From Hypanus sabinus (Eukaryota): a stretch of DNA of 64,000 nt. Below the pieces are notes generated by a model. That model was given only the letters and a program-made list of their open reading frames with translations, searched no databases and was not told the origin of the DNA. The translations under genes and the position numbers were made by a program. The stretch spans positions 20,956,001-21,020,000 of the forward strand of contig NC_082727.1 in the NCBI RefSeq assembly GCF_030144855.1, read 5' to 3'. This document shows, piece after piece, positions 43,901 through 57,748 of the stretch (its first letter is position 1; each line of letters begins with the position of its first letter).

Positions 43901-46900
43901 CTCCTTTCCCTTCCCCCCACCAGCCTTTTCTGGCTTCTCCCCCTTCCCTTCCAGTCCTGTGGAGGGTCTTGTCCTAAAACGTCAACTGTATATTCCCCTC
44001 CATAGATGTTGCCTCACTTACTGAGTTCTTCCAGTATTTTGTATGTGGTGCTCCCTCAAGTTTACAAGCATCACAGAAACTCTTGTGCACCACCCCACCC
44101 CCCAATCTCCTCACCTCTTTCTCCTGCACTGAGCTCTCAGCCGAGCTTTGACCCAAGCCTTGTCCACACGAAACTTCCTGACTGCGCTGAGCAACGCAGG
44201 ATAACCAGTCGATGGCCTCCAGCTCGCGTTGGTAGAAGTTCTTCACTTGGCTCTGAGCCAGAAACTCTTTGATCTTGCTTTGCAGGGAAAGGATGCATTC
44301 TCCGTCTTCGCTGGGGATGAGGAGATACGAGCAGGGAGAGAGAGATTGCAGATAAGATTAGCTTTACTACTCACATGTACATTGAAACATATAACAAAAT
44401 GTATTATTTGCATTAAATTTGCATTTCCTACTGCACAGAACTGAAAGAAGCTACAGAAAGTTGTAAAATTAGTCAGCACCATCTTGGTACTAGTGTCCAA
44501 AGCACCAAAGATTCTTCCAAGGAGCGGTGCCTCAGAAAGAAGGTGTCTATTATTAAGGACCCCCATCACCCAACACACGCCCTTTTCTCATTGTTACAGC
44601 AAGGAAAGAGGTACAGAAGCCTGAAGGCACTCACTCAGTGATTCAGGAACAGTTTCTTCCCCTGTGCTGTCTGTTTCCTAAATGGACACTGAACCCATGA
44701 ACATTACCTTAAATTTTTATGTATTATTTCTGTTTTGCATTACNNNNNNNNNNNNNNNNNNNNNNNNNNNNNNNNNNNNNNNNNNNNNNNNNNNNNNNNN
44801 NNNNNNNNNNNNNNNNNNNNNNNNNNNNNNNNNNNNNNNNNNNNNNNNNNNNNNNNNNNNNNNNNNNNNNNNNNNNNNNNNNNNNNNNNNNNNNNNNNNN
44901 NNNNNNNNNNNNNNNNNNNNNNNNNNNNNNNNNNNTCTGCGAGTCACGCATCTGCGAATCGAACCTGGAAGTGCTCTTCCNNNNNNNNNNNNNNNNNNNN
45001 NNNNNNNNNNNNNNNNNNNNNNNNNNNNNNNNNNNNNNNNNNNNNNNNNNNNNNNNNNNNNNNNNNNNNNNNNNNNNNNNNNNNNNNNNNNNNNNNNNNN
45101 NNNNNNNNNNNNNNNNNNNNNNNNATGTGTGGGTTATCGTGGATAGGGATCGGAAAAAATCTTAAGTTCTCTTACTAAGTAAGTCGGAGCAGGTACATCC
45201 AGTATTATTTAGTGTCAGTTAGTCAAACGTTTGCCTTAGTATATAGTATATATTTTACCTTTCTATGCATATAAAACACTTAAGAACGTATGTTTCAGCA
45301 CCGGGCTTGGGAACGTGTCGGGTTCAAAACCCCAAAGCCCAATAATTAAACCATTGCGTTGCTTAGTAATAACTGTCACTTTCATCAGGGCAGGGCTTTT
45401 CTCACTTTATCCTTTAAAATTGTTCCGATCATTGACTGAAGTAGCCTAACACTTTTACAATGACTGATGGCGTTTCACCTCTTTCCGATCGCTTTATTAT
45501 TTCCACTTTATTTTCAATCGTGATCGTGATTATTTTCGTGAACAGAAACATTGCGGATTCAGAGCTCCGCCAGGTCCCAAAGACCACCGCACTGAGACAG
45601 GTTAAATAAAGTCTGGGGTTCCACTGGGTCCTAAGGTCCACTGCATTTAGCCAGGTTGAATAAGGGACTTGAGCATCAGCATTTTTTGCTATCCGCAAAG
45701 GGTCCCGGAACCAATCAAATCAGTGAGAGTTTTACAGGGCAGCCTGCAAATGGAGCCAGACTTCCAGCACCAACTTACTAGCTCTAACCTTTAGGTCTTT
45801 GGAATGTGGGAGGACACAGGAGCACCTGGAGGAAACTCACATGGTCATGGTGAGAACGTACAGCAGTGGGAACTGAACCCTAATCGCTGGCGCCATAATA
45901 ACGTTACACTAAACACTACATCTCTGTGCCACTATAGAGTTGGACAGAGAGCAAGCAGACAGACAAAACTGGGCAGGGTGCTCAGGGGAACAGCATTGAG
46001 ATCATAAACAGTCCCTTCCCTGACCTCTCCCCTCTGTTTCTGTTCACCACCACCCCCTCCCCCAGGATCCTTCCCGCTCTCTCCTCACATTCCTCCTCCT
46101 GCCGCACACCCCTCACTGCTTTCCCTATCCCAGTGCTTGAGCTGCCCCCCCCCCCCCCCAACCTCCCACTTATCCTCTGTTCTCACTTTGCCTCCGTGCT
46201 GTCCTTTGGAACTTGACACGCTTTGTCGTAGAAGCTGCGGTAAAGGTGAGGCAGCTCCAGCATGTGGGAGATCTGTATGGTGAAGAGAGGATCCACCAGC
46301 TTGGCTACAGGCAAAGAGAACATAACCAGAGCAGGAGTTACCCCAGCCCAGGGCAGATCCACCCCCACCCTGCCCCTTCCCATTCTCCCCCCCACACCCT
46401 GCCCCCTCCCATTCTCTCTCCCCCTCACCCTGCCCACTCGCAATTTCTCTCTACCCCCACCCTGCCCCCTCCTGTTCTCTACCCCTCACCCTGCCCCCTC
46501 CCATTCTCTACCCCTCACCCTGCCCCCTCCCATTCTCTCTCTCCCCGACCCTGCCTCCTCCCATTCTCTCCCCGACCCTGCCTCCTCCCATTCTCTCCCC
46601 CCACCCTGCCCCTGCCCATTCTCTACCCCTCACCCGTTCTCTGCCAGAATCCTGCCCCGTCCCGTTCTCTCCCCCAGCCCGCCCCCTCCCATTCTCTCCC
46701 CCACCCTGTCCCCTCCCATTCTCTCCCCCCACCCTGCCTGAGCCACTCACTGATACTGGTGCTACTGATTTCCCGTCGCTCTCTGTAATCCCTGATGCGT
46801 CCCCGGACCTGGACAACGTCGCCCAGGTCCAAGCGGGAATTGCCGTGTTCCAGTCTGGTGATGCGGCTCAGCTGGTCAAGGAGATCCAAGCCCCTGGAGG

Positions 46901-49900
46901 ACGAAGCTGCAAGAAGAGCCAGAATCAGGTTTATTATCATCACATCTGTCGTGAAACTTCTTGTTTTTGGCAGCAGCACAGTGCAACACATAAATAAAAA
47001 TGATAGATTACAATAAGAAATATATATGAAGTAAATAGGTAGTGCAAGATAGTGAGGTAGTGTTCATGGGTGTAATTGGGGGTGGGGGGGTGGGCTCATT
47101 CGGTCGGAAGGGCCTGTTACTGTGCTTAGGAGGAGACAATGGTGCCTTACGGCAATTCCTTTGTGTGAATCTTTGGAAACAACTCTATTTCTATCTTTAA
47201 TATCTCTTTTCCCTTGCAGGGTTCTTTTGTAGATCCTGACCTGGAGTTACACGCTGACTTTGGTTCTTTGCGGGAATGGGACCCGCTCTCGGGGTTTCAT
47301 GACTGGCCATTATTCGGTATGCCAAGGATGCGACCTAAGAAGTTAGCTCACCTTTGGAGTTCTGGGATCTCATGGCTCTGGAGATGGGTGGACCGAAGGT
47401 CAGTGTCTCTGCAGGAATCCGGTGTGTCGTGGGAGATGGAAGATCGAAATCAGTGACCTGGCTGTTGGCTCTGTGTCCAGACTCCTGACCTCTTTGGGCA
47501 CAGAGCTTGGAAAAAGCAACCCAACAGACTTTCAACATCATAAATCAGTGAGTTCTTTGTTATGTCTCCCCTCTCGCTATGAAACAGAGACACCTCTTTC
47601 TCCCTTATTAGAGAGAGGGAGAGCCTGTGGTATGTCGAATACCGGGTGAACGAGTAGCCTTTGGGGTATTGCAAGTCGTGTCTTTGCTGATGCTTTTTGC
47701 TTTTGCTTGTGTGCTCGGTGGTGGGTGCCAATATTTTTTTTGCTGGTGGGGGAAGATGATTGGTGCTTATGTGTGGGGGGGGGGAAGCTTTGGGGCTCTA
47801 ATACTTAACTGTCATTCATTCATTCTTTAGGGCATTCCTCTGTTTTTCACGGATGTTTGCAAAGAAAAAGTATTTCAGGATGTATATTGTATACATTTCT
47901 CTGACTCTACGTGTACCTTTGAAACCTTTGAATCTCTAAGTAAGATTTATAAAAATTCCTCTGCACTTGTTCTGCCTGCTGTTTTGGTCTCTACCTGACC
48001 CTCAGTGGATAGTGAAGCGGATTACCTAGTCACTGTCCCCTGTCGGCCAAGGTACAGTCTTGATTTGAGTCCAGGCCATCCTGGGTCACCGACATCTATC
48101 TTACAGATACTTACTCTGAGAGCATTGTTAAAGTCACCAGCCTCCAGAGTGTCCAAGACATTTTCAAGGAGCAATGCCTCAAAAAGGCGGCATCCATCAT
48201 CAAGGACCTCCAGCACCTGCTTCTCACTGTTACCATCAGAAAGGAGGTCAAGGAGCCTGAAACCACATGCTCAACAATTCAGAAACAGCTTCTTCCCCTC
48301 TGCCATCCGATTTCTGAATGGACATTGAACCCATGAACACTACCTCACTCCTCTTTAAAATGGTTAAAAAATAATATACTTATTTTATCTCTATTACATA
48401 CATATATATATTTACTGTAATTCAGTTTTCTCTCTATTATTATGTATTGGATTTTACTACTGCCGTGAAGACAACAAATTTTGCCAGTGATATTAAACCT
48501 GATTCTGATGTACCTGCACCAGTCTACTCCTCTCTACCTACTCCTCGTAACTTCTTTCTTGTCAGTCTGATGAGTTTTTGATGTATTCATTACAGTACTG
48601 TGGAGGTACTGAGCGATTTTTGTGTATTTTCTAATCTGCAGATAAAATCGGCTAAAGGACATGGGTGAAAACAGACCCTGTTTGTTACCCGGGCATATCC
48701 CAGAATCCCTTCCCCCACATCTTACTTTGTACATTTATTAATCCACTCCTGAATCTTTACTGAATTCTTCATCACCCTACAGCATGGTTACTCACTCACT
48801 GATTTTGGGTCTAAATGTTGGACTATGGAGAGGACTGCAGAGACTCAGCATCAATACGGCCAAACAAAGGTGGGCATTGCATGCCAGCCGCCCATGCTAA
48901 GTGTTGGAAGGATAGAAGTAAGCTCTGTACCTGGTTTGGTGATTTCCACAGGTGTTTGCTTCTTCCACCACAAACAACTTATGACTCCAGTCCCGTCATC
49001 CACTGCAAAGCACAAGTAACATGTGAGAAGGATAATACAGGTGGTAAGGGTGAAGTGGGTAACATGAGTGACACAGGTGAGTGGACCAGAACCAGGAAAG
49101 GTGACTTTTATCTATTTAGAGTAACAGGCCCTTCTGGCCCATGAGCCTGTGCCACTTAATTACATCCACGTGACTAAGTAACCCACTAACTTTGGAACAT
49201 GGGAGGACACTGGAGCACCCTGAGGAAAACTACGTGGTCATGGGGAGAATGTACAGACTCCATACAACCATTAGGAGGATTGAACCCCAATCACTGGTGC
49301 TGTAATCGATATGCTACACTTTGCCGCCCAGTCCCACAATACTGTTAAACTCTGAGACCAACCATTTAAGAACAAGATGTACATCTATTCCCAGAACCCT
49401 ACTGAGTCTCAGCAATGAACCAACCTACAGCTCAAACCTTACCCCCGGCCAAACCATTCCCACCTCACAACTTCCCCATGCTTAGAAAAGTAGAGGGCTA
49501 TGGATAACCCTAGGTAATTTCTAAAGTAAGTACATGTTTGGCACAGCATTGTGGGCTGAAGGGCCTGTATAGTGCAGTAGTTTTTCTATATTTCTAATTT
49601 ACTGAGGATATTCCAGGGCATTCTGTAACCTACATTAACACGTGATGCAGACTCCAGAACTACAGTACCTATAAAAAGTATTCAGCCTCCCACTTGGAAG
49701 TTTTCATGCTTTATTGTTTTATAACATTGCATCACAGTGGATTTAACTTGGCTTTTTTGACAATGATCAACAGAAAAAGAGTCTTCCATGTCAAAGTGAA
49801 AGCAGATCGCTACAAAGTGATCTAAATGAATTGCAAAAAAAGAAAACAAAATTTACAAATGCACATTAGTATCAGTAAAGCAGAGGCTAAGTGTGTAATT

Positions 49901-52900
49901 TGGGGAAAAGTCATCCAAATGGGGCAAGAAAGGTGGGAGAGGAAAGGGAGGCATTTATATCAAATTCAAAAGAGTGTTACAGCTATTAGGGTAGGCAGTG
50001 GATACAGAAGAGAGGAAACTGTGTGGACTGCGTTTAGGCTGGGGCACTGTGCACTAAACAAAACATTGAAAATGATAGGGAAACACCAGACAAGATTGTG
50101 TGAGGAATGTCAGGAAGAGGAGTCAGTAGAACATGTAATTCTGAGTTGCTGGAAGTATGGGATACAGAGAGAGATGATGAGAATTAATCTAAGGGAATTG
50201 GGGGTGCAGGAATTCACATTAAAAGAGTTACTGGGCATGGGTGAGAGAGCACAGGTCAGGGTACTTTTAGCTTTCTTAAGGGATACAGGGTTTTCTTGAT
50301 AGGATATGATGGATAAGCAGGAATAGGGTTCTAGGATGGCCAAAGAAGGAAGGATAAAGTGTNNNNNNNNNNNNNNNNNNNNNNNNNNNNNNNNNNNNNN
50401 NNNNNNNNNNNNNNNNNNNNNNNNNNNNNNNNNNNNNNNNNNNNNNNNNNNNNNNNNNNNNNNNNNNNNNNNNNNNNNNNNNNNNNNNNNNNNNNNNNNN
50501 NNNNNNNNNNNNNGAACGTAAGTCTGTCGTCTGATCCACACTCCAGAGCAGAAGGTGGCGGTAATGCACCATTAAGCTGGGTGCTAATTGCCGAAGAAGA
50601 ATTGCAAATATAAAATACAAAATAATTGATTGCATAAGTATTCAAACCCCCCCCCCCCTTTTAATATGACACACCAAATCATCACTGGTGCAGTCAATTG
50701 GTTTTCAAAGTCATATAATTAGTTAAATGGGGTATGTTTTTGGAGACCTGTGTGTAGTCAAGATGTTTCAATTAAATGTAGTAAAAATACACCTGTAACT
50801 GGAAGTCAACTGCTGGTGAGTCAATATCCTGGTAATAACTACACCATGAAGACAAAAGAACATTGCAAGCACTTCCACAAAAAAGTTATTGAAAAGCACA
50901 AGAGACGGATAAAAGAAAATGTCCAAGTTATGTATATCCCTTGGAGTACAGTTAAGTCAATCATCAAGGAATGGAAAGAATATTATATGAAGTGTAAATC
51001 TGCCTAGGGCAGGCCATCCTCAAAAACTGAGTGACTGTGCAAGAAGGGGATTAGTGAGGCGGGCCACGAGAGATTTGTGACAACTCTGGAGGAGTTACCA
51101 ACTTCAGTGGTTGAGATGGGAGAGAATGCACGTACAACTTTTGCCAGGGTGCAGCTTTATGGGAGGGTGAAAGGGAAAGCCACTACTGAAAAAAACTCAC
51201 ATGAAATCTCGGCTAGAGTTTGCAAGAAGACACGTGGGGGACTCTGAAGTCAGCTGGAAGAAGGTTCTATGGTCTGTTGAAACCAAAATTGAGCTTTTTG
51301 ACCATCAAACTTAATGGTATGTTTGCTGTAAGCCAAACACCACACATCATCAAAAATACACTATCCATATCATGAAGCATGTTGGTGGCTGTATCATGTT
51401 GTGGGGATTTCACTGCAGCAGGCCTGAAAGGTAGAGGGGTAAAATTAATACAGCAAAATATAGGGAAATCCTGCAGGAAAACCTGATGCAGTCTGCAAAA
51501 GAACTGTGACTTGGGAGAAGATTTGTTTTCCAGCAAAACAATCACTCCAAGCATCAAGCCAAAGCTAAACAGAAATGGCTTCAAAATAATGTCCTGGAGT
51601 GGCCAAATCGCACTTCAGACTTCAATCCAATTGAGAATTTGTGGCTGGACTTGAAAAGGGCTGTTCACTCACGATTCCCATACAATCTGACAGAACTTGG
51701 GCAGTTTTGTAAAGAAGAATGGGAAACAATTGCAGTGTCCAGATGTGCATCCTGGCCACACAGACTCAAGGCTGTAATTGCTGCCAAAGATGCATCTACT
51801 AAATACTGGCTTGAAAGGGGTGAATACTTATGCAATCAATTATTTTGTATTTTATATCTGCAATTCGTTTGGATCACTTCGTAGAGATCTGTTTCACTTT
51901 GACATGTGTCTTTTTCTGTTGATCAGTATCAAAAAAGCCCAATTAAATGCACCGTGATTCAATATTGTAATGCAATAAAACATGAAAATTTCTGGGGGGG
52001 GGGAATGAATACTTTTTTATAGACACTATCACTGTGGGGCAGCAGCATAAGGGACATTGGCCAAGGGGTCTCCAGAGCTGGTGGTAGGAGGAGGGGGTAG
52101 AGATAAGTCAGAGTTATACGGCATGAGAACAGGCCCTTCAGTCCGTAAGACCACTAGACACAGGAGTGAAATTAGGTCATTTGGCCCATCGAGTCTGCTC
52201 TGGCATTTCATCATGGCTGATACATTTTCCTTCTCAGCCCCAGTCACCTGCCTTCTCCCTGTATCCCTTCATGCCCTGATCAATCAAGAATTTATCAACC
52301 TCTACCTTAAATATACATAAAGTCTTGGCCTCCACAAATGCCTGTGACAACAAATTCCACAGATTCACCACTCTTTGGCTAAAGAAATTCTTCCTAATTT
52401 CAGTTCCAAAAGTACACCCCTCAATTCTGAGGCTGCGTCCTTTGATTTCATATTCTCCTACCATAGGAAACATCCTCTCCATCAAGGCCTTTCACCATTT
52501 GACAGGTTTCAATGATGTCATTCCTCATTCTTTAGAATTCCCATGAATACAGGCCCAAAGCCTTCAAACGCTCTTCATATAACAAGTCATTCAAACCTGG
52601 AGTTATTTTTGTGAACCTCCTTTGAACCCTCTCCAGTTTCAGCATATCCTTTCTAAGCTAAGGGGCCCAAAACTGCTCACAATACTCCAAGTGAGGCCTC
52701 ATCAGTGCTTTATAGTCTCATCATTTCATCCTTGCTTTTATATTCTAGTCCTCTCAAAATGAATGCTAACATTGCATTTACCTTCCTCACCACAGACTCA
52801 ACCTGCAAATTAACCTTCAGGGAATCCTGCACAAGGACTCCCAAGTCCCTTTGTGCTTCAGATTTTTGTATTTGCTCTCCAGTTAGAAAATAGTCCACCC

Positions 52901-55900
52901 TTTCATTTCTTCTACCGGCAGCCCACCAGAAAAGACTCCCTTTGCTCCTTGCTTCCTGCCTGTCGGTCACTACTTTATCCATGCTGGAATTTTTCCTGTA
53001 ATACCACGGGCTCATAGCTTGTTAAGCAGCCTCATGTTTGGCACCTTGTCAAAGCCCTTCTGAAAATCCAAATACACAATATCCTTTGTCTATCCTGTTT
53101 GTTATTTCTTCAAAGATTTCCAGCAGATTTGTCAGGCAAGCTTTTCTTTTGCGGAAGCCGTATTGACTATGGCCTATTTTATCATGAGCCTCCAAACACC
53201 CCAAAACAACATTCTTAACAATCAACAACATCTTCCCAACCACTGAGGTCAGATAACTGGCCTATAATTTCCTTTCTTCTGCCTCTCTCGAAGAGCGGAG
53301 AGACATTTGCAATTTTCCAGTCTTCCGGAACCATTTCAGAATCTAGTGTTTCTTGAAGTCATTACTAATGCCTCCACAGTCTTTTCAGTCACCTCTTTCA
53401 TCTCATCCCTTTTGACCAAGTGTCTGCCCAAGATGGCTGTGTTTGGCCATTATCCCTCAAAACCTTTCCTATCCATAAACTTGTCCAAATACCTTAGACA
53501 CTGTATTTGTAGCTGCCTCTACCACTTCCTCTGGCAGCTTATTCATATATCTTCTCTTCCATAGGGGAAGATAACTCTGGCACTGAGACCAGGGTTGGTG
53601 TGCATGTATGAGAGCGGGGAGGTCTTTAAGTTGGGCTGTATGGTGTACATGATGTTAATGCAAGAAGGTGGGAATCGGAGCAGCAAAATGCCCTGCTCAG
53701 AGCAGCAGCTCCCACTGAATGAGGTAGTGTCATAGTCAGTCCCAGCCCACAGCCTCAACTGGATGCTCAGGCTCCAAGCTGCTGAGTCAGGGAACAAACA
53801 CAGAAGCCACTGGAATCACCAACCTCCAAAAATGCAGCACTTCTCCTTCTCCTGCCTCTGGACCACAGTCCCCAGGATTTCCACCTTGCTGATGGGGTGA
53901 GTCTTATAGAAAAACACACCTGTGCAAGGAAAACAAAAACTGTGACTTCCTTTGTGAGAGCAAACACTTGCAAAGACTCAGGTACAGGCTGGGCTGAAGT
54001 TGAAGTCTTTAACTAAAGGAAGCAACAGTTGAAGAAGGCAGGTGTGAGGTGTGAACATCCACAGAAAAGAAAAGCACAGAAGCAGGCCCTTTGGCCCATC
54101 AAGTCTGTGCCAAACCATTTAAACTGCTTACTCCCATCAATCTACACAAGACCATAGCCCTCCATACCCCTGCCATCTATGGTATACTTGGTATAAACAA
54201 GATTCAGAATATCAAAAATAAATAAATGTGTAAAAAGAAAGCTTAACAAATGGGTTTCATGTTCAATATATGTGCATGTATGAAGTTCACATATGAAGTT
54301 CCTCAAGACTGGAAGGTGGCTAATGTCATTCATTGTTTAAGAAGGATACCAAGGTCAAGCCAGGGAGCTATAGGCCAGTCAGCCTGATATCAGTGGCAGT
54401 GAAATTACTGGAGGGAATTCTGAAGCATAGGATCTATCAGCATTTTGGGTATACAAAGTCTGATTAGGAGGATTTAAGTCAAAGTTCAAATTCAAATTTA
54501 TTATCAAAGTACATACACATCACCATATTCGACCTTGAAATTAATTTTCTTTCAGACATTTATAGGAAAATAAGAAATAAATGGAACTTATTATACAATA
54601 ACACTGAAGATGTACAAAAGACAGATCATGCAAATAATAATAAAAAGTAAACAAAACATGAGAACATGAGTGCAGAGTCCATTTAAATGTCAAAGCAATT
54701 TACAGTACATAACTGAGTCATCATTAGCTTTGTGGAAAGTTGTGCTTTACCTAAGGTTGCAAGAAAAAGTTCAAAAGATGTTTAACAAGTGTGACAAAAT
54801 AAACTTCAGAAAAGTTGAGGCCCTGGGATTAATGGGGTAGCTATTAGAGTGGGTGTTAAACTGCCTAATGAGAGTACACTGGTGCCTTCTCAGGTCGATT
54901 GTTTTTCAGGCTGGACATAGCATAGCTCCTCCAGCCTTGTGTAGAACTTGTCTGTGGCCAGTACCAGGTCCAGTGATCTTCCGATATTTATTAGTTCTTG
55001 TATGTATTTAGTACGGCAAACAGGTCGTCTCAACAATTAAGGTTCTCAGAAATGCAGTAAACAGTGATGAGACCACGAATGGTGTCAGGAGGGAGACTCC
55101 CACTGGGAAAACAGACACGCATGAATCATGATACATTTCACACAGAATATTCCTCAGAAAGGATACAACAGTTTCAATACAGGCATCAAGAAGGCAGCAT
55201 CCACCATTAAAGATCCTCACCATTAGGAACATGCCCTCTCTTGTTACTATGATTGGGTTAGAGATACAGGAGCCTGAAAACACAAACTCAATGATTTGGG
55301 AACAACTTCTTCCCCTCCACCATCAGTTTTCTGAACAGTCTATAAAGATTCAAAAACCATTTAATATCAAAGTAGGTATGCGGTACACAACACTGAGATT
55401 TGTCTTCCCCACAGACAATCATAAAACAATGAAAAGCATGGAACCCTTTCAAAGAATAACATCAAATTCCACTCCCCCACCCACTCATGCAAAAAAAACA
55501 CCAAATCACACAAACAGAAAAATAAAACAAGTGAAAAATGTAGAATATTAAACACAAAAATCGAAGAGTCCAGGGAGAAACTAAAGATGGCACCAGAGGG
55601 CGACTTCTTCCAGTGAAACTTTAAATTCTTCTCTCTAATGTCTTTTCTTTCCTTTTTAAGGTGGCTTGGGTCCTGTTGGAGTCTGTGATCTACAGCTGCA
55701 CTCAAACTGTGGTTCTTCACGGCATTGAGTTCCCAAAACCAGGGCACGCCAGGCAGTCGTTTTCAACACCTACAGGAGCGGACTAGAAGATGTGCACCTT
55801 GAGGGCGCATCCTTGTGGTCAACTTGATTCCCACCGGTGTCGCCAACTAAAGTGTTGTAGGAGATTGGAACTCCAAGATAGTGGGTGTGGCTGTCAGATG

Positions 55901-57748
55901 TCATTGCACTCGAGTAATAGCTCTCTCTCTCTTTCAAGGATGATAGACAGTTTGCTGCCAATTCTTGAGTCGGGGAACTTGAAATAAAAGCAATGAGCAA
56001 ACTGTAATATTAAAACAGTGAGCTGTTGGTCTCCCTTCTCGCTGTGGCAGCAGTGGTACCCCCCTCTCTCTCTCTAATAGAGAATTGATGTTTCAGGAGG
56101 TTGAAGAGGTTAACTGACCTGTAACTGTAACACACTAGTTCAGATTGAACCTCTGCATTATCCGATGGCCACCACCAGAGGGTCCTTCTGAGCAGTAGCT
56201 TCATCACCCAAAGGAGAAATTGTACATTGGCTGGAAATCCTCTCCAGCACTGAAATATTAATTCTGGTCCTCTCCTCATAATGCCCAGTCTGATTATCAT
56301 TTGCCACATTACTGTTTCGTTTTAACCAAAGATACTACGTATAATCACTCACAAGGTGCTAGTGGAACTCAGCAAATCAGGGAGCATCTCTGGAGGGAAA
56401 TAAAGTCAACCTTTTGGACTGAGACCCTTCTTCAGGAATGGAACTTGCTCACAGCACGAACGTCCATTTCACTAATTTCGGGTAATTACTCTCTCTTCCC
56501 CTTTTGTCTTTTTCTATTCCCGATTCTGGTTCCCCTCTCATCTCTTCCACTCACCTGTCCATCATCTCCATCTGATGCCATTCTTCCATGGTCTACTCTC
56601 CTCTCCCATTAGATTCCTTCTTCTTCAGCCCTTTACCTCTTCCACCTACCATCTCCAGCTTCTCACTTCATTCCCCCCCTCCCCACCAATCTGGTTTCAC
56701 CTATCACCAGCCAGCTTTTACTCCTCCCCTCTCCTCACCTTCTTTTTCTGACTTCCTCCCCCTTGCCTTCCAGTCCTGATGAAAGGTCTCAGCCCGAAAC
56801 GCCATTTGTCAATTCCTCTCCGTAGATGCTGTCTGGCCTGCTGAGTTCCCCCAGCATTTTGTGTGTGTGTGTGTTGCTCCAGATTTCCAGTATCTGCAGA
56901 ATATTACATGAATGTATAAACCATACTCTTCACCTGGGAACACTGAATGGAAGATGTAGAGGAGGTTTACTTTGTGTAACCTACACTGCCCTTCTCAATG
57001 GGGTGTTTGATGGAATCAGGTTTATTATCACTGACATATGTAGTGAAATTCAAACACGAGGAAATCTGCAGATGCTGGAAATTCGAGCACCACACACGAA
57101 GTGTTTGTGGAACGCAGCAGGCCAGGCACCTGACGAAGGGTCTCGGCCCGAAACATTGACTGTACTTCTTCCTATAGATGCTGCCTGGCCTGCTGCGTTC
57201 CACCAGCATTTTGTCTATGTAGTGAAATTTGTTGTTTGGTTGCAGCAGTACAATGCAAGACAAAAAAATGAAAACAGAAATAAATATAATTGTGCAAAAC
57301 AGGAATAGTGAATTGCTGTTTCAGAATTCACTATTCAGAATTCTGATGGCAGAGGGGAAGAAGCTGTTCCTTAAAAGTTGAGCTCAGGTTTCTGTACCTC
57401 CTTTCCGATGGTAAAAGAGAGTATGTCCCTGATGGCCAGTGTCCTTAATAATGTATGCCACCTTCTTGAGGCACTGCTTTCAATGGTGGGGAAGCTAGTG
57501 CCTCGGATGGGGCTAACCAAGTCCAACCTTCTGTAGCCTCTTTCATCTAATCTAACCCATCCTGTACCTGAATTACCCCCACCTAAACGGACCATTTAAT
57601 AGTCAACCACTGATTTACCTGGAATATGCCGAGAGTTCTTGAGTTCAAGGATGTCCCGGATATAGAGTTTGGCAAACACTACATGTACTGGGTCCAGGCC
57701 CCACAGAATGGGTGGTACAGGGTCTTCTGCACTGTCATAGTGAGCCAT
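40821..57748 (-). CDS. STN1: CST complex subunit STN1 (OBFC1), 9 coding exons, 375 aa
   Basis: Exons 57619-57748, 53824-53919, 48931-49002, 46751-46906, 46187-46304, 44115-44310, 43469-43591, 42966-43038, 40821-40984 sum to 1128 nt in frame. Motifs [49 protein letters not shown] match STN1. Confidence 0.95.
41588..42082 (-). mobile_element. CR1 LINE 3' fragment nested among older CR1 pieces
   Basis: ORF 41677-42078 with CR1 ORF2 C-terminus. Confidence 0.88.
42966..43038 (-). CDS. STN1: STN1 exon ([24 protein letters not shown])
   Basis: 73 nt, canonical splice sites. Confidence 0.9.
43469..43591 (-). CDS. STN1: STN1 exon (...[21 protein letters not shown]...LYL)
   Basis: 123 nt, canonical splice sites. 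Confidence 0.9.
44115..44310 (-). CDS. STN1: STN1 exon, winged helix 1 ([25 protein letters not shown]...)
   Basis: 196 nt; donor chosen because it keeps the frame. Confidence 0.85.
45125..45710 (-). mobile_element. Tigger/pogo-like DNA transposon fragment
   Basis: [22 protein letters not shown] resembles the CENP-B/psq HTH at the N-terminus of pogo transposases. Confidence 0.6.
46187..46304 (-). CDS. STN1: STN1 exon ([27 protein letters not shown]...)
   Basis: 118 nt, canonical splice sites. Confidence 0.92.
46360..46740 (+). repeat. C-rich degenerate ~30 bp minisatellite filling a STN1 intron
   Basis: Repeated caccctgccccctcccattctct units. Confidence 0.8.
46751..46906 (-). CDS. STN1: STN1 exon (...[23 protein letters not shown]...)
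   Basis: 156 nt, canonical splice sites. Confidence 0.92.
47120..47932 (-). mobile_element. Unclassified interspersed repeat; related inverted copy at ~30319-32480 hosts the Tc1
   Basis: Reverse complement of 47851-47905 matches the sequence flanking the Tc1 at 30341 and 31955. Confidence 0.7.
48931..49002 (-). CDS. STN1: STN1 exon ([24 protein letters not shown])
   Basis: 72 nt, DDxTG OB-fold motif. Confidence 0.92.
49663..52028 (+). mobile_element. Second Tc1/mariner element, degraded, interrupted by a LINE fragment
   Basis: TA-CAGTACCTATAAAAAGTATTCA left TIR with matching right end; [25 protein letters not shown] motifs. Confidence 0.85.
49860..50598 (+). mobile_element. I-group (Nimb-like) non-LTR retrotransposon 3' end
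   Basis: [11 protein letters not shown]...[18 protein letters not shown]-terminal zinc knuckle; possible TSD gaattgcaaa. Confidence 0.65.
52155..53400 (-). mobile_element. CR1 LINE, degraded, with RT fragments
   Basis: [23 protein letters not shown] and [14 protein letters not shown] motifs. Confidence 0.85.
53824..53919 (-). CDS. STN1: STN1 exon ([32 protein letters not shown])
   Basis: 96 nt, OB-fold strand motif, canonical splice sites. Confidence 0.92.
57619..57748 (-). CDS. STN1: STN1 first coding exon ([43 protein letters not shown])
   Basis: ATG at 57748, gtaaat donor; NAGNAG acceptor at 57804/57807. Confidence 0.92.

Noticed and set aside
57303-57336. Perfect 12-bp inverted repeat gaatagtgaatt / aattcactattc
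   Set aside because: Lies inside an interspersed repeat and is best explained by a local template switch; too short for a miRNA hairpin.
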